Part shown: piece after piece, positions 8,858 to 16,858 of the stretch | How the letters are laid out: every line of letters begins with the position of its first letter | How positions within the stretch are numbered: position 1 is the first letter of the stretch | DNA from: Anaerolineae bacterium | Lineage (GTDB): Bacteria > Chloroflexota > Anaerolineae > UBA1429 | Direction: 5' to 3' | Assembly: GCA_049975585.1 (NCBI GenBank) | Contig: JBNGEB010000002.1 | Coordinates: forward strand, 1 to 46,079 | DNA length: 46,079 nucleotides | Notes under the pieces: model-generated | What the model saw: only the letters and a program-made list of their open reading frames with translations | What the model was told of the DNA's origin: nothing | The model's database searches: none | Made by a program: the position numbers and the translations under genes

Positions 8858-10296
8858 AGACTGACATGCCCAGATCGGCAAAAGCCGCCGTGCGGATCGA
8901 GACAGACTCGTTGGGCAGCATCGAGGTCCCAGCCGATGCCTGGTGGGGCGCTCAGACTCAGCGAGCGGTAGAGAACTTTGCGGTGAGCGGGCTCCGGCAG
9001 CATCGGGAGTATATCGTCTGCATCGCTCTCGTGAAACAAGCGGCCGCCGAGGTAAACACAAAGCTCGGCCTGCTAGACGCTCGCCGAGGCAACGCCATCG
9101 TGGATGCTGCCAAACGTATCGCCGCGGGCGAGTACCTAGACCAGTTCGTCGTGGATCCCTTCCAGGCCGGAGCTGGCACCTCGCATCACATGAATGCTAA
9201 CGAGGTGATCGCCAATCTCGCCAATGTGGCATTGGGGGGCAAGCGTGGCACCTACGACCTCGTCCACCCGAATGACCACGTCAACATGGGCCAATCAACC
9301 AATGACGTGATCCCTACGGTCACGCGTGTCTGCTGCGTGCGCGAGAGCGTCGCGCTGCTGCGCGCGGTGGATGCCCTGGCCGAGGCCCTTCAGGAAAAGG
9401 CCGAGGCCTTTGACGCCGTCCTCAAGTCGGCGCGCACGCACCTGCAGGATGCGGTGCCTATCCGGTTAGGCCAGGAGTTTGGCGGCTATGCCCTCGCCGT
9501 GCGACGCGACGGCGAGCGGATAGCCCAGGCCATCGACGGCGTGCGTCGGTTGGGAATCGGTGGCACGGCTGCCGGCACGGGCATGAACAGCCATCCCGCC
9601 TACCACCAGGCCATGGTGGAAAAGCTCTCCGAGCTCGTGGGGTTGCGTTTGGTCAGCGCCGGCGACCTGTTTGAGGCCATGCAAAACACGGCCGATCTGG
9701 TGCACTTTTCCTCAGCCATGCGGACCCTGGCCGTAACGCTCACCCGCATCGCCAACGACCTGCGTCTTCTATCTTCCGGGCCTACGACGGGTCTGGCCGA
9801 GATCCACCTTCCGGCCGTGCAACCTGGATCCTCCATCATGCCGGGCAAGGTGAACCCGGTGATGGCCGAGATGCTGAACATGGTGTGCTATCACGTCATG
9901 GGCAATGACCAGACTGTAGCCCTCACCGGCCAGGCCGGCCAGCTTGAGCTCAATGTCATGATCCCTATTCTGGCCTACAACCTAATCCAGTCGTGCGAGA
10001 TCCTGACAGCCGGCATCGAGGCTTTCACGGAACGTTGCGTGCGAGGCATCACCGCCGACCGAGAGCGATGCCTACGCTATGGTGAGGGGAGCATGGGATT
10101 GGCGACGGCGCTCAACGCGCACATCGGCTATGCCGCCGCGGCCAAGGTGGCGCAGGAAGCCTTGAGGCGAGGGGTCACGCTGCGCCAGGTTGCACTAGAG
10201 CGAGGCTACCTGATGGCGGAAGAACTGGACGCCATCCTCGACCCGCGACGCATGACAGAGCCGGGCATCCCCGGCCAGCACCGCGATGAGAGCTAA
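8854..10296 (+). CDS. aspA: aspartate ammonia-lyase (class II fumarase/aspartase family)
   Basis: GSSIMPGKVNP signature loop. QSTND (aspartase-type rather than SSND) and PVMAE after the loop; 480 aa. GTGA overlap with the upstream gene. Confidence 0.7.
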   Translation: MKTDMPRSAKAAVRIETDSLGSIEVPADAWWGAQTQRAVENFAVSGLRQHREYIVCIALVKQAAAEVNTKLGLLDARRGNAIVDAAKRIAAGEYLDQFVVDPFQAGAGTSHHMNANEVIANLANVALGGKRGTYDLVHPNDHVNMGQSTNDVIPTVTRVCCVRESVALLRAVDALAEALQEKAEAFDAVLKSARTHLQDAVPIRLGQEFGGYALAVRRDGERIAQAIDGVRRLGIGGTAAGTGMNSHPAYHQAMVEKLSELVGLRLVSAGDLFEAMQNTADLVHFSSAMRTLAVTLTRIANDLRLLSSGPTTGLAEIHLPAVQPGSSIMPGKVNPVMAEMLNMVCYHVMGNDQTVALTGQAGQLELNVMIPILAYNLIQSCEILTAGIEAFTERCVRGITADRERCLRYGEGSMGLATALNAHIGYAAAAKVAQEALRRGVTLRQVALERGYLMAEELDAILDPRRMTEPGIPGQHRDES

Positions 10297-10398
10297 CGGG
10301 ATCGCGAGGAGCCTCCTGGTCAGCGAGCAGTGCCTGGCATCGCATCACCGGACAGGCTATACTTCGGCCAGGCAGATACAGCACTGGAAGGGGCGCCG

Positions 10399-10551
10399 AT
10401 GTATGTCACCCTACTCAAGCTGTTCCTACAAGTATCAGAGAATCCTTGGGCCTTTGTGGGACTCTTGATGCTGCTCTTGCTATCATGGGGTCTCATCGTA
10501 GCCGCTGTCTATGACATCGCCATCCGATTGTGGGATGAGCCGATGGCCTGA
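10399..10551 (+). CDS. hypothetical small membrane protein (50 aa)
   Basis: ATG 10399 preceded by GGAAGGGG. One clear TM helix (AFVGLLMLLLLSWGLIVAAVY). No recognisable family. Confidence 0.35.
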   Translation: MYVTLLKLFLQVSENPWAFVGLLMLLLLSWGLIVAAVYDIAIRLWDEPMA

Positions 10552-10561
10552 CGCCGCCGGC

Positions 10562-11590
10562 CTATGCGCACGCATGAATCATATCGCGCAGCACCGCCGC
10601 CGAGGTCGGCACCGGCCCCTTTTCCTCGATCACGGCGCTGATGGTCCCCATATAATCCGTGGTATAGACCACGGCCATGTCCCACATGCCGGTCCTCGCG
10701 AGGGGGTGGCGCTCGGGAAGCGAAACGGGACCCACCTGCAGCGCATAGTCGTCGCCCTGGCGCTCAGCCACGGCCAGCGGCTTGATGACACGTCCCTGCT
10801 CACGCGCATGTATAAGCCGCTCCAGCGATACTTGTCGTATGCCCTCGATGGCCACATCGGACAGCGTCGTCGGACGGTCCAGGACGCTGTTAGCAATGAT
10901 GACGAGCTTGTTGGCAGCGTCGAACCCGTCCACATCCAGCGTGGGATCAGCCTCCGCGATGCCGGCCTCCTGAGCGCCGCGCAAGGCTTCTTCGTATGGG
11001 ATCCGCTCCTCCAACATGCGCGTCAGGATATAGTTCGTCGTCCCGTTAAAGATGCCCTCTACCTTGACCACGTCCGAGCCAGCGAGATCGCGCACACCGA
11101 TGTTCACCGTCGGCAGTCCCCCAGCAACGGTGCCGCTGAAGAACAGGTTCGTGCCACGCTTGGCCGCGAGGCCTATGAGCTCTTGGTAGGCAAGCACCAG
11201 CGGTCCCTTGTTAGCTGCCACGACATGCCAACCTTGCTCTAGAGCTTGGCGCGTACAGGTCAGGCCTGGCTCGCCATCCGTTAGGTTGGTGGGCGAGGCA
11301 TCCACAAGGAGATCGGCCTGCGCCATGCGCACGAGCTCTCGGGCGTCGAGTCCTGCATGTGCTCCAGGCAAGGCCGCGACGGCCCCGCCGGCGACCTTCA
11401 GGTCGCGAAGCGCTGCCATATCGATACCCGCCGCGTCCATGAGGGCCCCCGACGAGTCGGCCGCCCCCACCAACACGAACGTGATGCCATACCGATCCCA
11501 CACGGGCTCGCTTCGATGCACGAGGATGTCCAGTAGATTCCTGCCGATGTTGCCCAAGCCGATCAACACAAAGGGTACGCGATTCGCCAT
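10562..11590 (-). CDS. hom: homoserine dehydrogenase
   Basis: N-terminal Rossmann motif VLIGLGNIGRN and homoserine-DH core. Start moved to ATG 11590 (MANRVPF...), preceded by AGGAGA. The upstream extension to 11716 is Arg-rich with no domain. Confidence 0.8.
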   Translation of the reverse strand: MANRVPFVLIGLGNIGRNLLDILVHRSEPVWDRYGITFVLVGAADSSGALMDAAGIDMAALRDLKVAGGAVAALPGAHAGLDARELVRMAQADLLVDASPTNLTDGEPGLTCTRQALEQGWHVVAANKGPLVLAYQELIGLAAKRGTNLFFSGTVAGGLPTVNIGVRDLAGSDVVKVEGIFNGTTNYILTRMLEERIPYEEALRGAQEAGIAEADPTLDVDGFDAANKLVIIANSVLDRPTTLSDVAIEGIRQVSLERLIHAREQGRVIKPLAVAERQGDDYALQVGPVSLPERHPLARTGMWDMAVVYTTDYMGTISAVIEEKGPVPTSAAVLRDMIHACA

Positions 11591-11744
11591 GCCATTCTCC
11601 TGTGCCGCAACCATTGTCTTTGCGCGTCTCGCGAGTCTACCATGTCGGACAAGCGACGCCAACCTGGCGCACCTGCCCTCGCCAACAAGGGGGATGCTGA
11701 CCAAGCGAGTCAGCATCCCCCTTTGCCTGACAGAGGTCGAAGGC

Positions 11745-11984
11745 TAGATGATAGCCTCCAGATCCTCAAGTATCTGCCTCTCGGTAGGAAAGCGTCCCGT
11801 CTCCAGCTTGGAGTAGAGCTTGTTCCCATCGACCAGCACCTCAAAAGCCCCGCCCGAGGACGGTACCAAGGCAACCTGCTCCAACCCGTTACGGAATCTG
11901 CCTAGCACCTTTTCCGCCAGACTGGCGGCTCTTGGTAGATAGCCTCAAGAGGTGCAATACTGGATCTCGACCTTGGGGCTCACA
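11745..11984 (-). CDS. Rdx/SelW-like thioredoxin-fold protein with in-frame TGA (putative selenocysteine) in a CxxU motif
   Basis: Not in the ORF track. GTG 11984 lies 8 nt after AAGGAG. Translation: MSPKVEIQYCTS[TGA 11946-11948]GYLPRAASLAEKVLGRFRNGLEQVALVPSSGGAFEVLVDGNKLYSKLETGRFPTERQILEDLEAII. Family hallmarks are EIxYC, GGxFEV, VDG and GRFP. A hairpin lies 16 nt after the TGA. Confidence 0.75.
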
Positions 11985-12076
11985 GTAGATGCTCCTTTTC
12001 TCCCTAAAAACATTGAAGAAGATGCTAACACACGCGCCCCTCCGGTGCAAGGCAAGCTCGTCTCGACCGGATCCAC

Positions 12077-12451
12077 TCACGCCTCGCTGACGGCCAGCAT
12101 ATAGCCATTGATGTCGCCGACGCTGAACTGCCGGCGCCCCGCGAATTCGACGAGGTCCTGCACGATGATGGCGCCTCGGCTTGACAGCTCTTCGTAGGCG
12201 GCGTCCACGTCTTCCACCAGGAGATACAGCACGACGCCGTTGCCCTTCTCGGCGATAAAGTTCCCCTCCGACGTACCGAGATCTATGGTAAAGGCAAAGG
12301 TGATCTCCCCGCGCGAGACGGTCGCATAGCGCGGGTCGCTGGCATTGGGCCACACGAGACCTAACACGAAACCAAGCGCCTCACGGTAGTAGGCTATCGT
12401 CTCGTTCACGTCGTTCACTTGCAGCATCGGCACCACCTGCTTCCATACCAT
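12077..12451 (-). CDS. VOC (glyoxalase/bleomycin-resistance) family protein
   Basis: 124 aa from ATG 12451 (MVWKQVVPMLQVNDV...), preceded by GGAGGAGG. The 297-aa ORF-track version adds an Arg/Gly-rich N-terminus that overlaps comEC. Confidence 0.75.
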   Translation of the reverse strand: MVWKQVVPMLQVNDVNETIAYYREALGFVLGLVWPNASDPRYATVSRGEITFAFTIDLGTSEGNFIAEKGNGVVLYLLVEDVDAAYEELSSRGAIIVQDLVEFAGRRQFSVGDINGYMLAVSEA

Positions 12452-12489
12452 GGCTATGGCACCTCCTCCCAGCACTACATGCTTCGCTG

Positions 12490-14832
12490 CTATTGGATCC
12501 AGAGATGATCGCCGTCCGTCACCAGCTCGATGGTCCCCATCTCGTCGGTCCGGAGCACCCAAGCGCCGATGGCGCCGAGTCTCGCCAACACATCCGCGGC
12601 TGGATGGCCCACGCGGTTCTCCGCACCAACGCTGATCACAGCGATCTCGGGCTGGCAGGCCTGCAGGAAAGCCTCCCCGCTGGATGAGGGCGACCCATGG
12701 TGAGCCACCTTGAGAACGGTCACGGGCCTGACGAGATTCATCTGCAGCAACTCGCGCTCGGCCTCCGCCTCGATGTCGCCTGTGAGCAGCATCGAGAACT
12801 CTCCCATGCGAAGCAAGATGACCACCGAGTTCTCGTTGCGATCGCCCTGGGCCAGCGCCTCTGTTCCTGGATGTAGCACTTCCAAGGTGACACCGCCATC
12901 CAGCCTCACGGATTGCCCTCGAAGAGCCACCGTCGGGACGATCTCTGCCGCCGCCAGTTGCCGCTGCCACTCTAGGCCCAGCGGATCGTCTCCCATGTCA
13001 GGCGGTTGCAGCACCATGCCTATCGCATAGCGACTCGGCAGAGGCGCTAGCCCCGAAAGGTGGTCAGCGTCGGCATGGGTTGCGACCAGTAGATCGATCT
13101 TCCGCTCCCACAGCGGCAGCGCCTGATGGAGCCGCGACGCCAAGACCAGCGGATCGGGCCCCCCGTCGACCAGCACCGTCGTGCCTGATGGCGTCCGAAT
13201 CAGGATGCCATCCCCTTGACCCACATCAAAGACATGGACGTGGAGGCGACCATCGGGGAGCTTGGCGAGCTGGGACAGGATCGCTAGGACCAGCAGGAGA
13301 GCAGCGAACGCGGCACTCAGGACACCAACCCGCTGCCGTATCCACGTGATCGCCTTGCTGCCCGCGCGTGCCAGATGCCGAAACATCAACGCTCCTCCTA
13401 CGAACCCATAGAACCCCACCAGAAGCCAAGGAGACGGAGCCGCGACCTGCCAGGAGGCGATGGATAGCGTCCCGAACGCCTCCGCCACTGTGATGGTCCA
13501 CCAGAGTGGCACGTAGGCCAGAGCTGCCACGGCCATCCCCAGAGACTTCCATAGCCAGCCAGCTAGTGCTGCAAAGGCCCCCAATATGGTGATGGGCGGC
13601 TGTGCTGGCAACGCCAGTACGTTGGCCGGGAGCGCCAACAGCGATATCTCCTGGAAATGATACCAGAGTATCGGAAACGTCAGAAGCTGAGCCGCACACG
13701 TGGAGAGAAGATATGAGCTTGCCAACCTGGTTACGCTTTGCGCGTTGGGGTGAGCAAGATGCCGGCCCAGCAGGCTCAGAGTCCAGCTTTCGAACATGGG
13801 CGTCAGGCCGATAAGCGCTAGCGTGGAGACCATGGAGAGCTGAAAGCTGACGTCCCACACAAGGGCTGGATTGGCAGCCGTCATCAGCAGAGAGGCCCAC
13901 GATAGCGAGGTGAGTACGTGCGGCTTGCGCCCCACCAGTTCCGCCAGCACGAGGAATCCCCCCATGATCGCGGCCCTCACAACGGGTGGGCTGGGCCCCA
14001 CGAACAGCGTGTAAACTGCAATGGCACCAGCCGCAACCAAAAGCGTCAGCCTTCGGGGCGACCATCTCTCCAGAACCAGGACGGTCTGCTGCAGCACAAG
14101 CCCGATGTTAAAGCCAGAGATGACGATGACGTGGGTCAGCCCCGATCGGCGAAAGGCCTCTTCTACATCGTGGGGAAGCGTATGCCCGAGCCCCAGCAGG
14201 ATTCCACTAAGCAGGCCGGCCTCTGGCTCTGGCAGAATGCGCTCGATGCTTTCGCGAGCCCGATCCTTGATCACGTACATCAAGCGCAGAAGCGGCGAAC
14301 CAGCATCTCCTGGCAGGCTACGAGCTTTTACCCAAGCCATCGTCGCATCGACACGATGCGCCGCGAGATACCGGCCATACGCCCCCGAGCTAGGACCGAC
14401 CGGCTCCACATGCCCTGTCACGGCCAGACGCTGGCCGTAGCTGCGTTCGGGATACCGGCTCAGGGTGACCAGAACCCGACCCGAGGCCGGAACCAGCGAG
14501 CCGCGTTGCTCAACAGCTTCCACGCTCAAGCAGACCTGTAGGCTGGTGCTACGGTAGATGGGCTCTTCGGCTATATGCCCGTACACCGTGATCTCGCGCC
14601 CAGCGAGACCCTCCCACAGCTCAGGAGCGCTTGTTCGCGCTTGCAGCCGCTGAACTCCTGCCCCACCAAGTAGGCCAATCCCTATCGCAAGAGCAGCCGT
14701 AGCCAACCCTCGCTTGCCCAGCCGCCATCCTATCCCTGCTGCCAGCGCACAGGCCCCCGCAGCCGGCATGGCCAACACTGACTCTGCGATGCCTGCCAAC
14801 CAGCCGATGGCTACCCACACCATAGTTGTCAT
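12490..14832 (-). CDS. comEC: DNA internalization competence protein ComEC/Rec2 (with C-terminal metallo-beta-lactamase domain)
   Basis: Polytopic ComEC core plus HADADHLSG MBL motif. Start uncertain: ATG 14832 (MTTMVWV...) is preferred because it leaves room for the divergent mtaB promoter. The alternative is 14931. Confidence 0.85.
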   Translation of the reverse strand: MTTMVWVAIGWLAGIAESVLAMPAAGACALAAGIGWRLGKRGLATAALAIGIGLLGGAGVQRLQARTSAPELWEGLAGREITVYGHIAEEPIYRSTSLQVCLSVEAVEQRGSLVPASGRVLVTLSRYPERSYGQRLAVTGHVEPVGPSSGAYGRYLAAHRVDATMAWVKARSLPGDAGSPLLRLMYVIKDRARESIERILPEPEAGLLSGILLGLGHTLPHDVEEAFRRSGLTHVIVISGFNIGLVLQQTVLVLERWSPRRLTLLVAAGAIAVYTLFVGPSPPVVRAAIMGGFLVLAELVGRKPHVLTSLSWASLLMTAANPALVWDVSFQLSMVSTLALIGLTPMFESWTLSLLGRHLAHPNAQSVTRLASSYLLSTCAAQLLTFPILWYHFQEISLLALPANVLALPAQPPITILGAFAALAGWLWKSLGMAVAALAYVPLWWTITVAEAFGTLSIASWQVAAPSPWLLVGFYGFVGGALMFRHLARAGSKAITWIRQRVGVLSAAFAALLLVLAILSQLAKLPDGRLHVHVFDVGQGDGILIRTPSGTTVLVDGGPDPLVLASRLHQALPLWERKIDLLVATHADADHLSGLAPLPSRYAIGMVLQPPDMGDDPLGLEWQRQLAAAEIVPTVALRGQSVRLDGGVTLEVLHPGTEALAQGDRNENSVVILLRMGEFSMLLTGDIEAEAERELLQMNLVRPVTVLKVAHHGSPSSSGEAFLQACQPEIAVISVGAENRVGHPAADVLARLGAIGAWVLRTDEMGTIELVTDGDHLWIQ

Positions 14833-14952
14833 AACTAGACCATCAATTCGAACACCAACGACTTGACGCCTCGATCCATTATAGGCCGACTCGCGGCGGA
14901 TCGCACCGGTCTTTTGGTCCACGCTCTCCACCAGGCTATCATCGTTGCTGCC

Positions 14953-16239
14953 ATGAATGTGTATCTCAGCGCACTAGGGTGCAAACTCAACTGGGCGGAG
15001 CTCGAAGGCTTTCGCAGGGAGCTCGTCGGGCGAGGGCACGCCATCGTCGATGCCCCCGCCCAAGCAGACTGGGCCATCGTCAATACCTGTGCCGTCACCC
15101 ACGTCGCAGCGCGCAAGTCCAGGCAAGCCATCCGTAAACTGCGGCGAGAGAACCCATCCCTTCGGGTGGCAGCCGTCGGCTGCTATGCTGAGATCGCGCC
15201 CGGGACAGTGCGCTCCCTGGATGGCGTTAAGATCTGCCTGGGCAACCGCGCCAAAGACGATGTCGTTGGCCGCATCCTCGCTAGCGAGCCGCCCCCTCGA
15301 GAAGAGCATAGACGGCCGATCGATCCGACGGACAGTCCGCGGACCCGTGCATTCTGCAAGATCCAAGATGGGTGCGACAACCACTGCACCTACTGTATCG
15401 TTACCATCGCTAGAGGCGTGCAACGGAGTGTCAGCCCGCAGGCTATCCTAGCCGAGATCCGGGAGCTCGTCGACGAGGGCTACCAAGAAGTCGTCTTGAC
15501 AGGCGTGCACATCGGCGCGTACGGTCACGATGCGGATCCGTCGGCTTCACCCAACGCGGCCGGCTGGGACCTTCCCAAGCTGGTTCGGTGGCTGCTCGCA
15601 GAGATCAGGATACCCCGCCTGCGCCTATCCTCCATAGAACCATGGGACGTGACCGACGCTCTGCTCGACCTGTGGCCCCACCCGCACCTTTGCCCCCACC
15701 TTCACTTGCCGCTCCAGAGCGGATGCGACGCCACCCTTCACCGCATGGCGAGGCGCTACAGCACCGACGATTTCAGACAACGGGTACACGCCTTTCGCCA
15801 GCGGGTACCGCACGGAGCCATAACCACGGACGTCATCGTGGGCTTCCATGGCGAGACGGATCAGGAGTTCGAAGAGACCGTCGCCTTTGTCCAGGAGATG
15901 GCCTTCTCGCGCTTGCATGTATTCCGCTATTCCCCGCGGCCAGGGACAGCCGCCCTACGCCTGCCAGATCAAGTCTCGCCACGGGTCGCCAAGAAGCGAA
16001 GCCAGAAAATGCGCGATGTCGGGCAGGCTCTATCGAGAAACTACCACCAAAGCTATCTGGGGCACACTGTGCCGGTGCTTTTTGAGAATCGCGATGATGG
16101 TCAATGGACGGGGCTGACCGATACCTATATTCGGGCCTCGGTCGCCTCACCAAACAATCTACACAACCAGATTGTGCCCGTTCGATGCGTCACCGCTGAT
16201 GCACGCGGCATTGGCGGCGAGCTCCTGGCGAGCAGTTGA
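14953..16239 (+). CDS. mtaB: radical-SAM methylthiotransferase, MtaB-like (MiaB/RimO family)
   Basis: N-terminal UPF0004 cysteines, radical-SAM CNHCTYC, C-terminal TRAM-like end. Start at ATG 14953 (MNVYLSALGCKLN). Confidence 0.8.
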   Translation: MNVYLSALGCKLNWAELEGFRRELVGRGHAIVDAPAQADWAIVNTCAVTHVAARKSRQAIRKLRRENPSLRVAAVGCYAEIAPGTVRSLDGVKICLGNRAKDDVVGRILASEPPPREEHRRPIDPTDSPRTRAFCKIQDGCDNHCTYCIVTIARGVQRSVSPQAILAEIRELVDEGYQEVVLTGVHIGAYGHDADPSASPNAAGWDLPKLVRWLLAEIRIPRLRLSSIEPWDVTDALLDLWPHPHLCPHLHLPLQSGCDATLHRMARRYSTDDFRQRVHAFRQRVPHGAITTDVIVGFHGETDQEFEETVAFVQEMAFSRLHVFRYSPRPGTAALRLPDQVSPRVAKKRSQKMRDVGQALSRNYHQSYLGHTVPVLFENRDDGQWTGLTDTYIRASVASPNNLHNQIVPVRCVTADARGIGGELLASS

Positions 16240-16273
16240 CGAACGCGCGATCTGAATCTGCGCGTGTGTGTGT

Positions 16274-16303
16274 TGACGATAGCGTTCCACGAACCCTATA
16301 ATG
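16274..16303 (+). promoter_or_regulatory. putative promoter TTGACG-18-TATAAT upstream of yqeY
   Basis: Hexamers at 16274-16279 and 16298-16303 in the mtaB-yqeY gap. Confidence 0.4.
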
Positions 16304-16363
16304 GGGCTCCAAGTGCTGGTGCCGCTGCCCCGATGTTGCCAAGGTACATTCCAATAGGAGCGT

Positions 16364-16804
16364 ATGATGGACCTGAAGGCGCAGCTCATGGAAGATCTGA
16401 AAACAGCCATGCGTCAGCACGACGACATAGCTAGGGACACGATTCGTTTGGCAAGAGCGGCCATTATCAACGCCGAGATCAGGCTCCAGCATGAGATATC
16501 CGATGCCGAGGTCGTCAGGATCATCAGCAAGGAAGTCGACCTTCGCAAGGAAGCTGCCGAGGAGCTCCAACGTGCCGGCCGTGACGATCTGGCGGCAAGA
16601 GAGCTTGCTGATGTCGCTGTCCTCGTCAGGTACTTGCCTGAGCCGATGACCGAAGATCAGATCCGTGCGCAAGCCCGTGTCGTGATCGAAGGCATGGGCG
16701 CTTCGAGTCTGCGAGATATGGGCCCGGTAATGCGCGAGTTGATGGGCCGTCTATCTGGCCACGCTGATGGCGGCATCGTCAGCCGCATCGTCGTGAGATG
16801 CTGA
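16364..16804 (+). CDS. GatB/YqeY domain protein
   Basis: MMDLKAQLMEDLKTAMRQHD...ISKEV pattern typical of YqeY; 146 aa. AGGAG RBS. Confidence 0.8.
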   Translation: MMDLKAQLMEDLKTAMRQHDDIARDTIRLARAAIINAEIRLQHEISDAEVVRIISKEVDLRKEAAEELQRAGRDDLAARELADVAVLVRYLPEPMTEDQIRAQARVVIEGMGASSLRDMGPVMRELMGRLSGHADGGIVSRIVVRC

Positions 16805-16858
16805 GCGTCTAGTCGCAACGAGAATCGACTCTGTACCCCTAATGGGATCGGCGACACG

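Noticed and set aside
11889-12970. ORFs 11889-12353(-) and the 297-aa version of 12077-12970(-).
   Set aside because: The first overlaps both the VOC gene and the selenoprotein 5' end in another frame, with an Arg-rich translation. The second is the VOC gene with a nonsensical Arg/Gly-rich N-terminal extension running into comEC. An internal ATG at 12451 with a GGAGGAGG RBS gives a normal 124-aa VOC protein.
14833-14952. comEC-mtaB divergent intergenic region as a possible competence (Com/Sxy-type) regulatory site.
   Set aside because: I could not find a convincing palindrome or known competence box by eye, so there is nothing to support a call.
16261-16275. Microsatellites: (TG)n at about 16265-16275 and (ACG)4 at about 21998-22010.
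   Set aside because: Too short to be meaningful repeats and not part of any array. No CRISPR-like repeat-spacer structure exists anywhere in the window.
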